This document shows, piece after piece, positions 40,499 through 48,258 of a DNA stretch of 64,000 bases. The DNA is taken from assembly GCA_947174635.1 (NCBI GenBank), contig CAMWJS010000003.1, forward strand, positions 37,597-101,596. The letters run 5' to 3'. The position numbers and the translations under genes are program-made. Position 1 is the stretch's first letter, and the number at the start of each line of letters is the position of its first letter. The DNA comes from an uncultured Muribaculaceae bacterium (GTDB taxonomy: Bacteria > Bacteroidota > Bacteroidia > Bacteroidales > Muribaculaceae). The notes beneath the pieces were generated by a model. It worked only from the letters and a program-made list of their open reading frames with translations, ran no database searches and had not been told where the DNA came from.

Positions 40499-41893
40499 TC
40501 TGACAACGTTTTCCACATGATGAGTGTGGGGGAACATGTCGACAGGCTGCACGGCTTCCACCTTATAAGCCTCATCGAGCAACTGCAAATCACGGGCCTG
40601 AGTGGCGGGGTTGCAGCTTACGTAAACAATACGCTTCGGACGGGCTCTCAGTATCACGTCAACTACATCCTGATGCATTCCCGCACGAGGCGGATCGACA
40701 ATCATGACGTCGGGATGCCCGTGTTCGGTTATGAACTCATCGGTAAGCACTTCTTTCATATCGCCGGCATAGAATTCAGTATTGGTGATACCGTTTGCTT
40801 CCGAATTGATTATCGCGTCGTCAATCGCTTCTTTCACATACTCGATGCCTATGACATGGCTCGCGCGCGAACTTACGAAATTGGCGATGGTGCCGGTGCC
40901 TGTATAAAGGTCGTATACGAGTTCGTCACCTTTTAATTCCGCGAAATCCCTGACTACTTTATATAGCTCGTAAGCCTGCAGGGAGTTGGTCTGATAGAAC
41001 GACTTGGGCCCCACTCGGAATTTAAGGCCTTCCATTTCCTCCTCAATGTACGGTTTGCCTGAGAAGTGGACTACATTCTGGTCGGCGATAGAGTCGTTGA
41101 CCTTAAGGTTTACCACATAATGCAATGATGTGATTTCCGGGAATTCCTTGCTGAGCGCATTGAGCATAGATTCGATTACCGGCACTTCGTCACTGCCTGT
41201 GACAGCCACTACCATGACCTCTCCGGTGGAGGCGATACGTATCATCAGGGTACGCATAAATCCGTGCTGGGCTCTGAGGTCGTAGAATGGCAGGCTGTTG
41301 TCCTTGCAATATTTTTTCACAAAGAGGCGTATGCGGTTGCCAAGGTCGTCCTGAAGATGACATTGTTTTATGTCAAGGACTTTGTCGAATGCTCCGGGGA
41401 TATGAAATCCGGCTGCATCGCGGTCGGGGAATTCTTCGCCTGAACGCATCTGCTCGAATGTCAGCCAGCAACGGTTGGAAAAGGTGTATTCCATCTTGTT
41501 GCGGTAGCCGTAGATTGTTTTTGACCCGAGAATAGGCATTATTCCCGGATATTCGATTTTTGCGATACGGTCGAGAGCATCCTTGACCTGGCGTTGCTTG
41601 GCTTCTATCTGAAACTGATAGGGGAGATGCTGCCATCTGCATCCTCCGCATGTGCCGAAATGCTCGCAACGGGGCTCTACTCTGATAGTTGACGGTTCAA
41701 TCAATGAGTCGATATGTCCCTCGGCATAAGAATGCTTTTTACGGTCTATCTTGATGTTTGCGATATCTCCCGGTGCGCCATAAGGAATGAAGACAACCAG
41801 ATTGTCTATGCGCGCTATGGCATTTCCTTCGGCGGCCACATCTGTTATTTTTATCCCCTCAAGCAAGGGGAGTTCTTTCTTTTTACGTGCCAA
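40484..41893 (-). CDS. rlmD: 23S rRNA (uracil-C5)-methyltransferase RlmD/RumA family
   Basis: 469 aa with an N-terminal TRAM domain, the Fe-S motif CEHFGTCGGCRWQH, the SAM motif DLYTGTGTI and a catalytic ..VYVSCNP. Confidence 0.88.
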   Translation of the reverse strand: MARKKKELPLLEGIKITDVAAEGNAIARIDNLVVFIPYGAPGDIANIKIDRKKHSYAEGHIDSLIEPSTIRVEPRCEHFGTCGGCRWQHLPYQFQIEAKQRQVKDALDRIAKIEYPGIMPILGSKTIYGYRNKMEYTFSNRCWLTFEQMRSGEEFPDRDAAGFHIPGAFDKVLDIKQCHLQDDLGNRIRLFVKKYCKDNSLPFYDLRAQHGFMRTLMIRIASTGEVMVVAVTGSDEVPVIESMLNALSKEFPEITSLHYVVNLKVNDSIADQNVVHFSGKPYIEEEMEGLKFRVGPKSFYQTNSLQAYELYKVVRDFAELKGDELVYDLYTGTGTIANFVSSRASHVIGIEYVKEAIDDAIINSEANGITNTEFYAGDMKEVLTDEFITEHGHPDVMIVDPPRAGMHQDVVDVILRARPKRIVYVSCNPATQARDLQLLDEAYKVEAVQPVDMFPHTHHVENVVRLSLR

Positions 41894-42012
41894 TGTTATG
41901 TGATTTTATATTAATGATTGTCGCAAAATTAGTTATAAATTATGGAATAGCATCTATAATTTGATGTCAAAGCAAATAAAAATTTAAAAATTTTACTAAA
42001 ATGCAGAATTGT

Positions 42013-42043
42013 TTTGCGATTGGCAACATAATCATTATATTTG
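42013..42043 (+). promoter_or_regulatory. Bacteroidota-type promoter of ppdK (-33 TTTG, -7 TATATTTG)
   Basis: TTTG at 42013-42016 and TATATTTG at 42036-42043 with a 19-bp spacer. This leaves a ~140-nt leader before ATG 42189. Confidence 0.5.
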
Positions 42044-42188
42044 CACATAAGAAATGCTGACCGACAAGTCTGATTAACCGGAATTTCACCCTCCTATTAC
42101 CAAACAAAACCTCTCTTGCAGGCATCTCTTATCGAAATACGAGAATCAACAAATATTTAATAATATTTAAACACAAACAAAATTCACA

Positions 42189-44903
42189 ATGAAAAGAGTT
42201 TATACTTTTGGCGACGGAAAAGCTGAAGGCAATGCCGGAATGAGAAACATTCTCGGAGGCAAAGGCGCCAACCTCGCTGAGATGAATTTGTTGGGCATGC
42301 CGGTCCCTCCCGGTTTTACCATCACTACCGAAGTGTGCAATGAGTACACCCAATATGGCAAAGACGAAGTCGTAAAACGCATCAAAGACGATGTAGAGAA
42401 GGCGATCGCACACGTAGAGAGCCTCACCGGCAAAAAATTTGATGACTCTACAAATCCGCTGCTCGTATCTGTTCGCTCGGGCGCACGTGCCTCAATGCCC
42501 GGCATGATGGACACCGTGCTCAACCTCGGTATGAACGACGCTACTGTGGCTTCTCTCGCAGAAAAAAGCGGCAATCCCCGCTTCGCATGGGACAGCTACC
42601 GTCGTTTCGTACAGATGTATGGCGACGTGGTACTCGGCATGAAGCCCAAGAGCAAAGCCGACATCGATCCGTTCGAAGCCATTATGGAGAAAGTCAAAGA
42701 AGAAAAAGGTGTAAAACTTGACACCGAGCTCGATGTTGAAGACCTCCAGGCTCTCGTTCGTCTATTCAAAGCCGCAGTAAAAGATTTCACAGGCAAAGAC
42801 TTCCCCGACAGCGCATGGGAACAGCTCTGGGGCGGCATCTGCGCCGTGTTCGACAGCTGGATGAACGAACGCGCCATCATCTACCGCCGCATGAACCAGA
42901 TACCCGAAGAGTGGGGTACTGCTGTCAACGTTCAGGCTATGGTATATGGCAACATGGGCAACAATTCAGCTACCGGTGTTGCATTCTCTCGTGACGCAGC
43001 AACAGGCGAAAACATATTCAACGGCGAATATCTTATCAATGCACAGGGAGAAGACGTCGTTGCCGGTATCCGCACTCCGCAGCAGATCACCGTTGAAGGC
43101 TCACGCCGCTGGGCTGCCCTTCAGGGTATATCTGAAGAAGAACGTGCTGCCAAATATCCTTCACTCGAAGAGTCGATGCCCGTATGCGCAGCTGAACTTA
43201 TCGCTATCGCAAACCGTCTTGAAGACTACTATCGCGATATGCAGGATATGGAATTCACCATTCAGGACGGCAAGCTCTGGATGCTCCAGACCCGTAACGG
43301 CAAACGTACCGGTGCTGCTATGGTCAAAATCGCCATGGACCTCCTCCGCGAAGATAAAATTGACGAAAAGACAACCCTCATGCGCATGGAGCCCCAGAAA
43401 CTCGACGAGTTGCTCCACCCCGTATTCGACAAGGCTGCTCTCAAGCGTGCGAAAGTAATGGCCAAAGGTCTTCCCGCATCTCCGGGTGCAGCTACCGGCC
43501 AGATTGTATTCTTCGCCGATGAAGCAGAAGCTTGGGCAGAAAAGAAGAAAAAAGTTGTTCTTGTACGTATAGAGACTTCACCTGAGGACCTCCGCGGTAT
43601 GGCCGTGGCTCAGGGTATCCTTACCATGCGTGGCGGTATGACCTCACACGCAGCCGTTGTTGCCCGCGGTATGGGTAAATGCTGCGTATCAGGTGCAGGT
43701 GAAATCAAGGTTGACTATGAGCAGAAAACCGTTGAAATGGGAGGCAAAGTCTATAAGGAAGGTGACTGGATTTCGCTCAACGGTTCGACCGGTGAAGTTT
43801 ACGACGGTCAGGTTCCGACTGCTGAACCCGAACTCGACGGCGACTTCGGCGCAATCATGAACCTCGCTGCAAAATATACAAAAACACTCGTCCGCACCAA
43901 CGCCGACACTCCCCGCGATGCCAAACAGGCACGTCACTTCGGCGCCCAGGGTATCGGTCTGTGCCGCACCGAGCACATGTTCTTCGAAGGCGACCGTATC
44001 AAGGCCGTGCGTGAAATGATTCTTGCATCTGATGAGGAAGGCCGTCGTCACGCACTCGACAAACTCCTTCCCATGCAGCGCGGCGACTTCGAAGGTATCT
44101 TCGAGGCAATGAACGGCTACGGTGTAACTATCCGTCTCCTCGATCCCCCGTTGCACGAATTCGTACCCCACCAGACTGCCACTCAGAAAGAACTGGCCGA
44201 CGAAATGGGCATCACACTTGCCGAAGTCAAAGCCAAAGTTGACTCGCTCGAAGAATTCAACCCCATGCTCGGTCACCGTGGTTGCCGTCTCGGTATCACA
44301 TTCCCCGAAATCACCGAGATGCAGACACGTGCCATCATCGAGGCAGCTCTCGCATGTAAAGCACGCGGCATCGACGTTCACCCCGAAATCATGATACCTT
44401 TGGTAGGTTCACTCAAGGAAATCCAGAACCAGGCAGATATCATCAATATCACTGCAGCCAAGGTATTTGAGGAAAAAGGACAGAGCCTGCCTTACCTCGT
44501 AGGTACAATGATTGAAGTACCCCGCGCAGCTCTCACCGCCGACCAGATCGCAACCGTTGCCGACTTCTTCTCGTTCGGTACCAACGACTTGACCCAGATG
44601 ACATTCGGCTTCTCACGCGATGACGCGCCCAAGTTCCTCAAATTCTACAAAGAGCACGGCATCATCAAGACCGATCCGTTCGAAGTTCTCGATCAGGAAG
44701 GCGTAGGCCAGCTCGTAGAAATGGGTGTCAAGAAAGGCCGTTCGACCAAACCCGAACTCAAAGTAGGTATCTGCGGCGAGCACGGCGGCGAACCCTCGTC
44801 AGTCAAGTTCTGCGCTAAACTCGGCATGAACTACGTAAGCTGCTCACCCTTCCGCGTGCCCATCGCCCGCGTAGCCGCGGCGCAGGCAGCGATTGAAGAG
44901 TAA
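42189..44903 (+). CDS. ppdK: Pyruvate, phosphate dikinase
   Basis: 904 aa with an ATP-grasp N-terminus, the phospho-histidine motif GGMTSHAAVVARG and a PEP-utilising C-terminal TIM barrel (GICGEHGG). Confidence 0.96.
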   Translation: MKRVYTFGDGKAEGNAGMRNILGGKGANLAEMNLLGMPVPPGFTITTEVCNEYTQYGKDEVVKRIKDDVEKAIAHVESLTGKKFDDSTNPLLVSVRSGARASMPGMMDTVLNLGMNDATVASLAEKSGNPRFAWDSYRRFVQMYGDVVLGMKPKSKADIDPFEAIMEKVKEEKGVKLDTELDVEDLQALVRLFKAAVKDFTGKDFPDSAWEQLWGGICAVFDSWMNERAIIYRRMNQIPEEWGTAVNVQAMVYGNMGNNSATGVAFSRDAATGENIFNGEYLINAQGEDVVAGIRTPQQITVEGSRRWAALQGISEEERAAKYPSLEESMPVCAAELIAIANRLEDYYRDMQDMEFTIQDGKLWMLQTRNGKRTGAAMVKIAMDLLREDKIDEKTTLMRMEPQKLDELLHPVFDKAALKRAKVMAKGLPASPGAATGQIVFFADEAEAWAEKKKKVVLVRIETSPEDLRGMAVAQGILTMRGGMTSHAAVVARGMGKCCVSGAGEIKVDYEQKTVEMGGKVYKEGDWISLNGSTGEVYDGQVPTAEPELDGDFGAIMNLAAKYTKTLVRTNADTPRDAKQARHFGAQGIGLCRTEHMFFEGDRIKAVREMILASDEEGRRHALDKLLPMQRGDFEGIFEAMNGYGVTIRLLDPPLHEFVPHQTATQKELADEMGITLAEVKAKVDSLEEFNPMLGHRGCRLGITFPEITEMQTRAIIEAALACKARGIDVHPEIMIPLVGSLKEIQNQADIINITAAKVFEEKGQSLPYLVGTMIEVPRAALTADQIATVADFFSFGTNDLTQMTFGFSRDDAPKFLKFYKEHGIIKTDPFEVLDQEGVGQLVEMGVKKGRSTKPELKVGICGEHGGEPSSVKFCAKLGMNYVSCSPFRVPIARVAAAQAAIEE

Positions 44904-44927
44904 GAGATAATAACTGAAAATCAACGC

Positions 44928-44969
44928 CATAGGCGGTATGTCCTGATAATAAAGGATATACCGCCTATG
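44928..44969 (+). terminator. ppdK terminator hairpin (last recognisable host feature before the mobile element)
   Basis: cataggcggtatgtcc (44928-44943) pairs with ggatataccgcctatg (44954-44969) with one mismatch. Confidence 0.65.
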
Positions 44970-45118
44970 TTAGTCTTAAAGGAATTGTGCATTTGTACAC
45001 GATAGTTTGCACTAATGAACAGTAAAAATTCAACAAAATCTGCACGTTTCTCAACAGGCCAATTCAACATGAATTAAACAATAAACAAACATGATAAATA
45101 ACTAATACAATACAAGAT

Positions 45119-46615
45119 ATGGCAATACTGACTGTCTGCGTAAACAAGCAGCGCAAAAGAAAGGATGGTTGCTACTCGGTTTATATCCGGGTAGCCCACA
45201 ATGGCAAATCTGTCTATATACCCACCGACAAGGTTGTAGGTACTAAGGGGCTGTCCTCCTCAATGGAGGTAATAGACCCGTTCGTCTTGAAACCTCTGTC
45301 ATCGCAAATCGTGACATGGCTCGATACCTTGAACCGGCATGACATCTCAGCGTGGACAGCACGACAGGTCGCGGATTTTCTAAAAAACCAGAATGAGGAT
45401 TTGATATTCTCGGACTATGCCCGCAAACACATTGACCGACTAATCGACAACGGACAGGAGCGCAGCGCGAAGAATTACAAACTTGCACTTCAGCACATGG
45501 AGCGTTACTTTGGTACCACCAACGTGAAATTTGCGCAGCTCACATCCGTGAACGTCAACAAGTGGTTAGCCACGTTGAGCGGGACGGCGAGGGCAAAGGA
45601 GATGTATCCTGTGTGCATCCGTCAGATATTCCGTGCCGCCATAGACGAGTTGAACGACTACGACAACGGCATTATCCGGGTAAAGACTAATCCGTGGGGA
45701 AAGGTCAAGATACCTGCCGCCGACCGCCCCAATAAGAAAGCAATCACCGCCGAGGCTTGCAGGGCTTTCTTCGCGGCCCCGTTGCCTGAAAGCAAGATGA
45801 CCGACCCTCTGCCGGAGTTGGGACGTGATGTTGCAATGATGTCATTGTGTCTGGCCGGTATGAATACAGTTGACATTTACAACCTGCGCAAAGAGGACTA
45901 CCACGGAGGCATCATCCACTACAAGCGGGCCAAGACCACCAGAAGCCGCCGCGATGACGCATACATCGAAATGCGGGTGCCGGAGGTGATAAAGCCTTTG
46001 TTCGACAAATACAGAGCTGATTACCATACCGACCGCCTGTTTCGTTTCTGCGACCGCTTTTCGACCTCGGACAGTTTTTGCGCCAATGTCAACACAGGCA
46101 TCAAGAAAATCTGTGAGGAAATGGGAATGACCGACCCGAAAAAACGTTACTGTGTCTATACGTTCCGTCACACATGGGCGACCACAGCGCAGAATGACTG
46201 CGGGGCCACACTCGCGGAGGTTGGCTTTGCGATGAACCACTCGCACGGTTACACAATCACTCGCGGATATGTGCGCCCCGACTTCACACCGGCATGGGAG
46301 TTGAACGAGAAAGTGATTGATTTTATCTTCTTCAGCGATGCGACCTCGCGGCGCGTGGCGCAGGAGAAGCCGGAGGAAGAAGGGCTGTTCCGTCTTTCGC
46401 CAAAGATGCTCATCCGTGCGGCGGCATTTTTTCAAGGCAAGTGTCTGGCCAACTTTGAGGACATCGGCTATTCAAACATCGAGGAAGTGACAAAGGCTCT
46501 TGTTGCACAATTCCCTGTTGATATTCCCGACCGCTCGATGGTACAGTTCAAAATCGTGAACCTCGACAATGGCAAGGTTCACGTTTATGAGCATCAGAAG
46601 GGCAAGGGATTTTAG
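45119..46615 (+). CDS. Tyrosine-type site-specific integrase (Bacteroidota phage-integrase family) with ~90-aa C-terminal extension
   Basis: 498 aa. The N-terminal arm-binding-like region (CVNKQRKRKDGCYSVYIRVAHNGKSVYIPT) and the catalytic box YTFRHTWATTAQ ... HSHGYTITRGYV fit the family. 114 aa follow the putative catalytic Tyr. Confidence 0.88.
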   Translation: MAILTVCVNKQRKRKDGCYSVYIRVAHNGKSVYIPTDKVVGTKGLSSSMEVIDPFVLKPLSSQIVTWLDTLNRHDISAWTARQVADFLKNQNEDLIFSDYARKHIDRLIDNGQERSAKNYKLALQHMERYFGTTNVKFAQLTSVNVNKWLATLSGTARAKEMYPVCIRQIFRAAIDELNDYDNGIIRVKTNPWGKVKIPAADRPNKKAITAEACRAFFAAPLPESKMTDPLPELGRDVAMMSLCLAGMNTVDIYNLRKEDYHGGIIHYKRAKTTRSRRDDAYIEMRVPEVIKPLFDKYRADYHTDRLFRFCDRFSTSDSFCANVNTGIKKICEEMGMTDPKKRYCVYTFRHTWATTAQNDCGATLAEVGFAMNHSHGYTITRGYVRPDFTPAWELNEKVIDFIFFSDATSRRVAQEKPEEEGLFRLSPKMLIRAAAFFQGKCLANFEDIGYSNIEEVTKALVAQFPVDIPDRSMVQFKIVNLDNGKVHVYEHQKGKGF

Positions 46616-46833
46616 AGTTTTGTCAAGTCAATGGAAACGAAGCGACCGCCGGCCGATGCCAAAGAGTTGATTTCACCGTATGTGAGGGTGCCGCTTTCTA
46701 CAATGATTGTCAGCACCCCATTTTCCATAGCCCTTGCCTTATTGACAAGCGAGAGAAGCTCGGAGTATCGCAGAGCGGAGCCGATAGTGACGTTTGCAAC
46801 GCCGGCAATGTTTTTGAGTTCTGAGAATGTCAT
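46612..46833 (-). CDS. Small hypothetical protein, paralog A
   Basis: 73 aa, convergent with the integrase and overlapping it by 4 bp. It aligns without gaps to the neighbouring ORF (shared ..LTxxEIxxLxxxGGxxV....K). Confidence 0.5.
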   Translation of the reverse strand: MTFSELKNIAGVANVTIGSALRYSELLSLVNKARAMENGVLTIIVESGTLTYGEINSLASAGGRFVSIDLTKL

Positions 46834-46853
46834 GATTTATTTTGATTTTGGAT

Positions 46854-47081
46854 TCAGTCGGAAAATTTCATGTCGGGGAACGCAACATGTGGGCCTCCTT
46901 TTTCACAGAGCAATTGAATTTCCGCTACTGTAAGGCGTTCTGTTTTCAGCAGACTTATTTTGCCACCGCCTTTGCAGGCTGCTTCAACGAACGATTGCGC
47001 CTGACCGAATGGCATGTGGTCGACCTCGAGATTGAACTCCCCGCCCATTGAGAGGGCGTACTTCATTTGTTCTTTTGTCAT
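46854..47081 (-). CDS. Small hypothetical protein, paralog B
   Basis: About 75 aa from ATG 47081 (MTKEQMKY..); the track ORF extends to 47111. A TAtcTTTG -7 box on the minus strand (complement of 47109-47116) lies 28 nt upstream of this ATG. Confidence 0.5.
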   Translation of the reverse strand: MTKEQMKYALSMGGEFNLEVDHMPFGQAQSFVEAACKGGGKISLLKTERLTVAEIQLLCEKGGPHVAFPDMKFSD

Positions 47082-47108
47082 GAACTGTTGTATTTGAATT
47101 TTCAATTG

Positions 47109-47116
47109 CAAAGATA
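47109..47116 (-). promoter_or_regulatory. -7 promoter box (TATCTTTG on minus strand) for the small-paralog genes
   Basis: caaagata on the plus strand is TATCTTTG on the minus strand, an exact TAnnTTTG match. Confidence 0.45.
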
Positions 47117-47353
47117 ATCCGCAGTTCCGTCTTTAAAACGTTATCTTTTGAGCCATACCAAATCGGCGTGGCTCTTTTTCTTTTTCGCGCAACTTTTTCT
47201 TTTTCTCCCTCCTTCCATCTGATTGGCGAAGCCTCAAAAAAAAGAAAAATTTTCCTCGCGTGTGTACGTACGCGCGCATCGACGAGAATAATAACTCTTT
47301 AGAGTTATTTTCTTTTATAGAAATACGTTAGTATTTCTTTTTATCAAAAGAAA

Positions 47354-47484
47354 GGTTTCGGAAGAAATGCCCTTTTCTTCCGAAGTTTTCCGAATTTATA
47401 GCAATAACTTCCGAAATAATTGGAATAACTTCGGAAGAAATAGCAATAACTTCGGAAGTTATTCTAATAAATGGGGAAGGAATT
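47354..47484. repeat. Iteron array 1: six TTC(S)GAA palindromic cores phased 21-10-21-21-21 bp
   Basis: Cores start at 47357 (TTCGGAA), 47378, 47388, 47409 (TTCCGAA), 47430 and 47451 (TTCGGAA). The array ends with ataaatggggaaggaatt. It is homologous position-by-position to array 2, which lies 223 bp downstream. Confidence 0.9.
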
Positions 47485-47576
47485 TTACGCGAAATTTGCC
47501 CGAAAACAGCCATTTTTGAGGGGTAAAAATGACTCTGTTTTTACAATAAAAAATCAAAAAGGGAATTTATGCCCTT

Positions 47577-47707
47577 AATTTCGGAAGAAATAGGGATTAT
47601 TTCGGAAGTTTTCGGAATTTATTCGCATAATTTCGGAAAGAATAGCAATAACTTCGGAAAGAATCGGCATAACTTCGGAAGTTATTGCTATAAATGGGGA
47701 AGGAATT
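47577..47707. repeat. Iteron array 2: six TTCGGAA cores with identical 21-10-21-21-21 bp phasing
   Basis: Cores start at 47580, 47601, 47611, 47632, 47653 and 47674. The 21-bp unit consensus is TTCSGAARNAATNGCAATAAC. The array ends with the same ataaatggggaaggaatt tail. Confidence 0.9.
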
Positions 47708-47720
47708 CCGAGAATGAAAA

Positions 47721-47745
47721 ATGCCGAGCGAGATGCCCGGCATGT
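47721..47745 (-). terminator. Terminator-like hairpin downstream of the 133-aa gene
   Basis: atgccg (47721-47726) / cggcat (47740-47745). On the minus strand the hairpin is followed by ttttcatt. Confidence 0.45.
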
Positions 47746-47775
47746 GGTCTAAAAGTAGAGAAAAATAGACTGAGG

Positions 47776-48177
47776 TTATTTGTCGTTTTCGGCGGCGAGC
47801 TGCGCAAGGCGCTGCTCTATTGTGGTGGTGATGTCGCCCGACAACGACACCTCGGCTGACACGGACTGCATCTGTGGTGTGTGGTAGCGCAGCAGTTTTT
47901 CGTGGATGGTTGCGCGGTCTTTGGCTTCCATCATCATCATATCAACTTCGAAATCGGAAACGACAAGCGGATTGCCGTCGGCGTCTTGCAGCATGACGGT
48001 GTTGTATAGTTCGCCCTCTTTGGTCCTAAGCTCTAATGTGCGTGGTGTGCCGTCCCCATTCGTCTGTGGCCGTGGTGCAAAGTAGGCCATGGAATGGGCG
48101 CGTAAATGCTCTTTGAGGGGACTGGGTTTGTTGGGAGTGCCTTTTTGTCGGCCTCCGGTTTTTCTTCCTTGTGCCAT
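47776..48177 (-). CDS. Hypothetical small basic-N-terminus protein (candidate DNA-binding/regulatory protein of the element)
   Basis: 133 aa. The N-terminal motif MAQGRKTGGRQKGTPNK is a basic GRxKGxxNK-type motif common in phage and mobile-element DNA-binding proteins. A TAccTTTG -7 box lies 27 nt upstream on the minus strand. Confidence 0.6.
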   Translation of the reverse strand: MAQGRKTGGRQKGTPNKPSPLKEHLRAHSMAYFAPRPQTNGDGTPRTLELRTKEGELYNTVMLQDADGNPLVVSDFEVDMMMMEAKDRATIHEKLLRYHTPQMQSVSAEVSLSGDITTTIEQRLAQLAAENDK

Positions 48178-48203
48178 GTGACTAAAAAGTTAAAGATATG
48201 AAG

Positions 48204-48225
48204 CAAAGGTAGGGGTTTATCTTTG
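48204..48225. promoter_or_regulatory. Back-to-back divergent -7 promoter boxes
   Basis: caaaggta (48204-48211, which is TACCTTTG on the minus strand, serving 47776..48177) and tatctttg (48218-48225 on the plus strand, serving the 48259 operon). Together they form the inverted repeat gcaaag..ctttgc. Confidence 0.55.
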
Positions 48226-48258
48226 CTCCGTAATTATAACTTTTTAATTCCTTAAGAC

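Noticed and set aside
44970-45118. Attempt to define the attL core or terminal inverted repeats (for example gtgca..tgcac at about 44986-45011).
   Set aside because: Only a weak 5-bp inverted repeat is present. Without the right junction or an empty site, no att assignment is justified.
47354-47707. Possibility that the repeat arrays are a CRISPR array.
   Set aside because: The units are 21 bp with no unique spacers of 25-40 bp between them. The repeats are degenerate around a 7-bp palindromic core, and no cas genes are nearby.
47328-47859. ORFs 47328..47513 (-, 61 aa) and 47569..47859 (+, 96 aa) listed in the track across the iteron arrays.
   Set aside because: Their translations (..ITSEVIAISSEVIPIISEVIAINSE.., ..ISEEIGIISEVFGIYSHNFGKNSNNFGKNRHNFG..) are periodic read-throughs of the 21-bp DNA repeat. 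The repeat structure is better explained at the DNA level.
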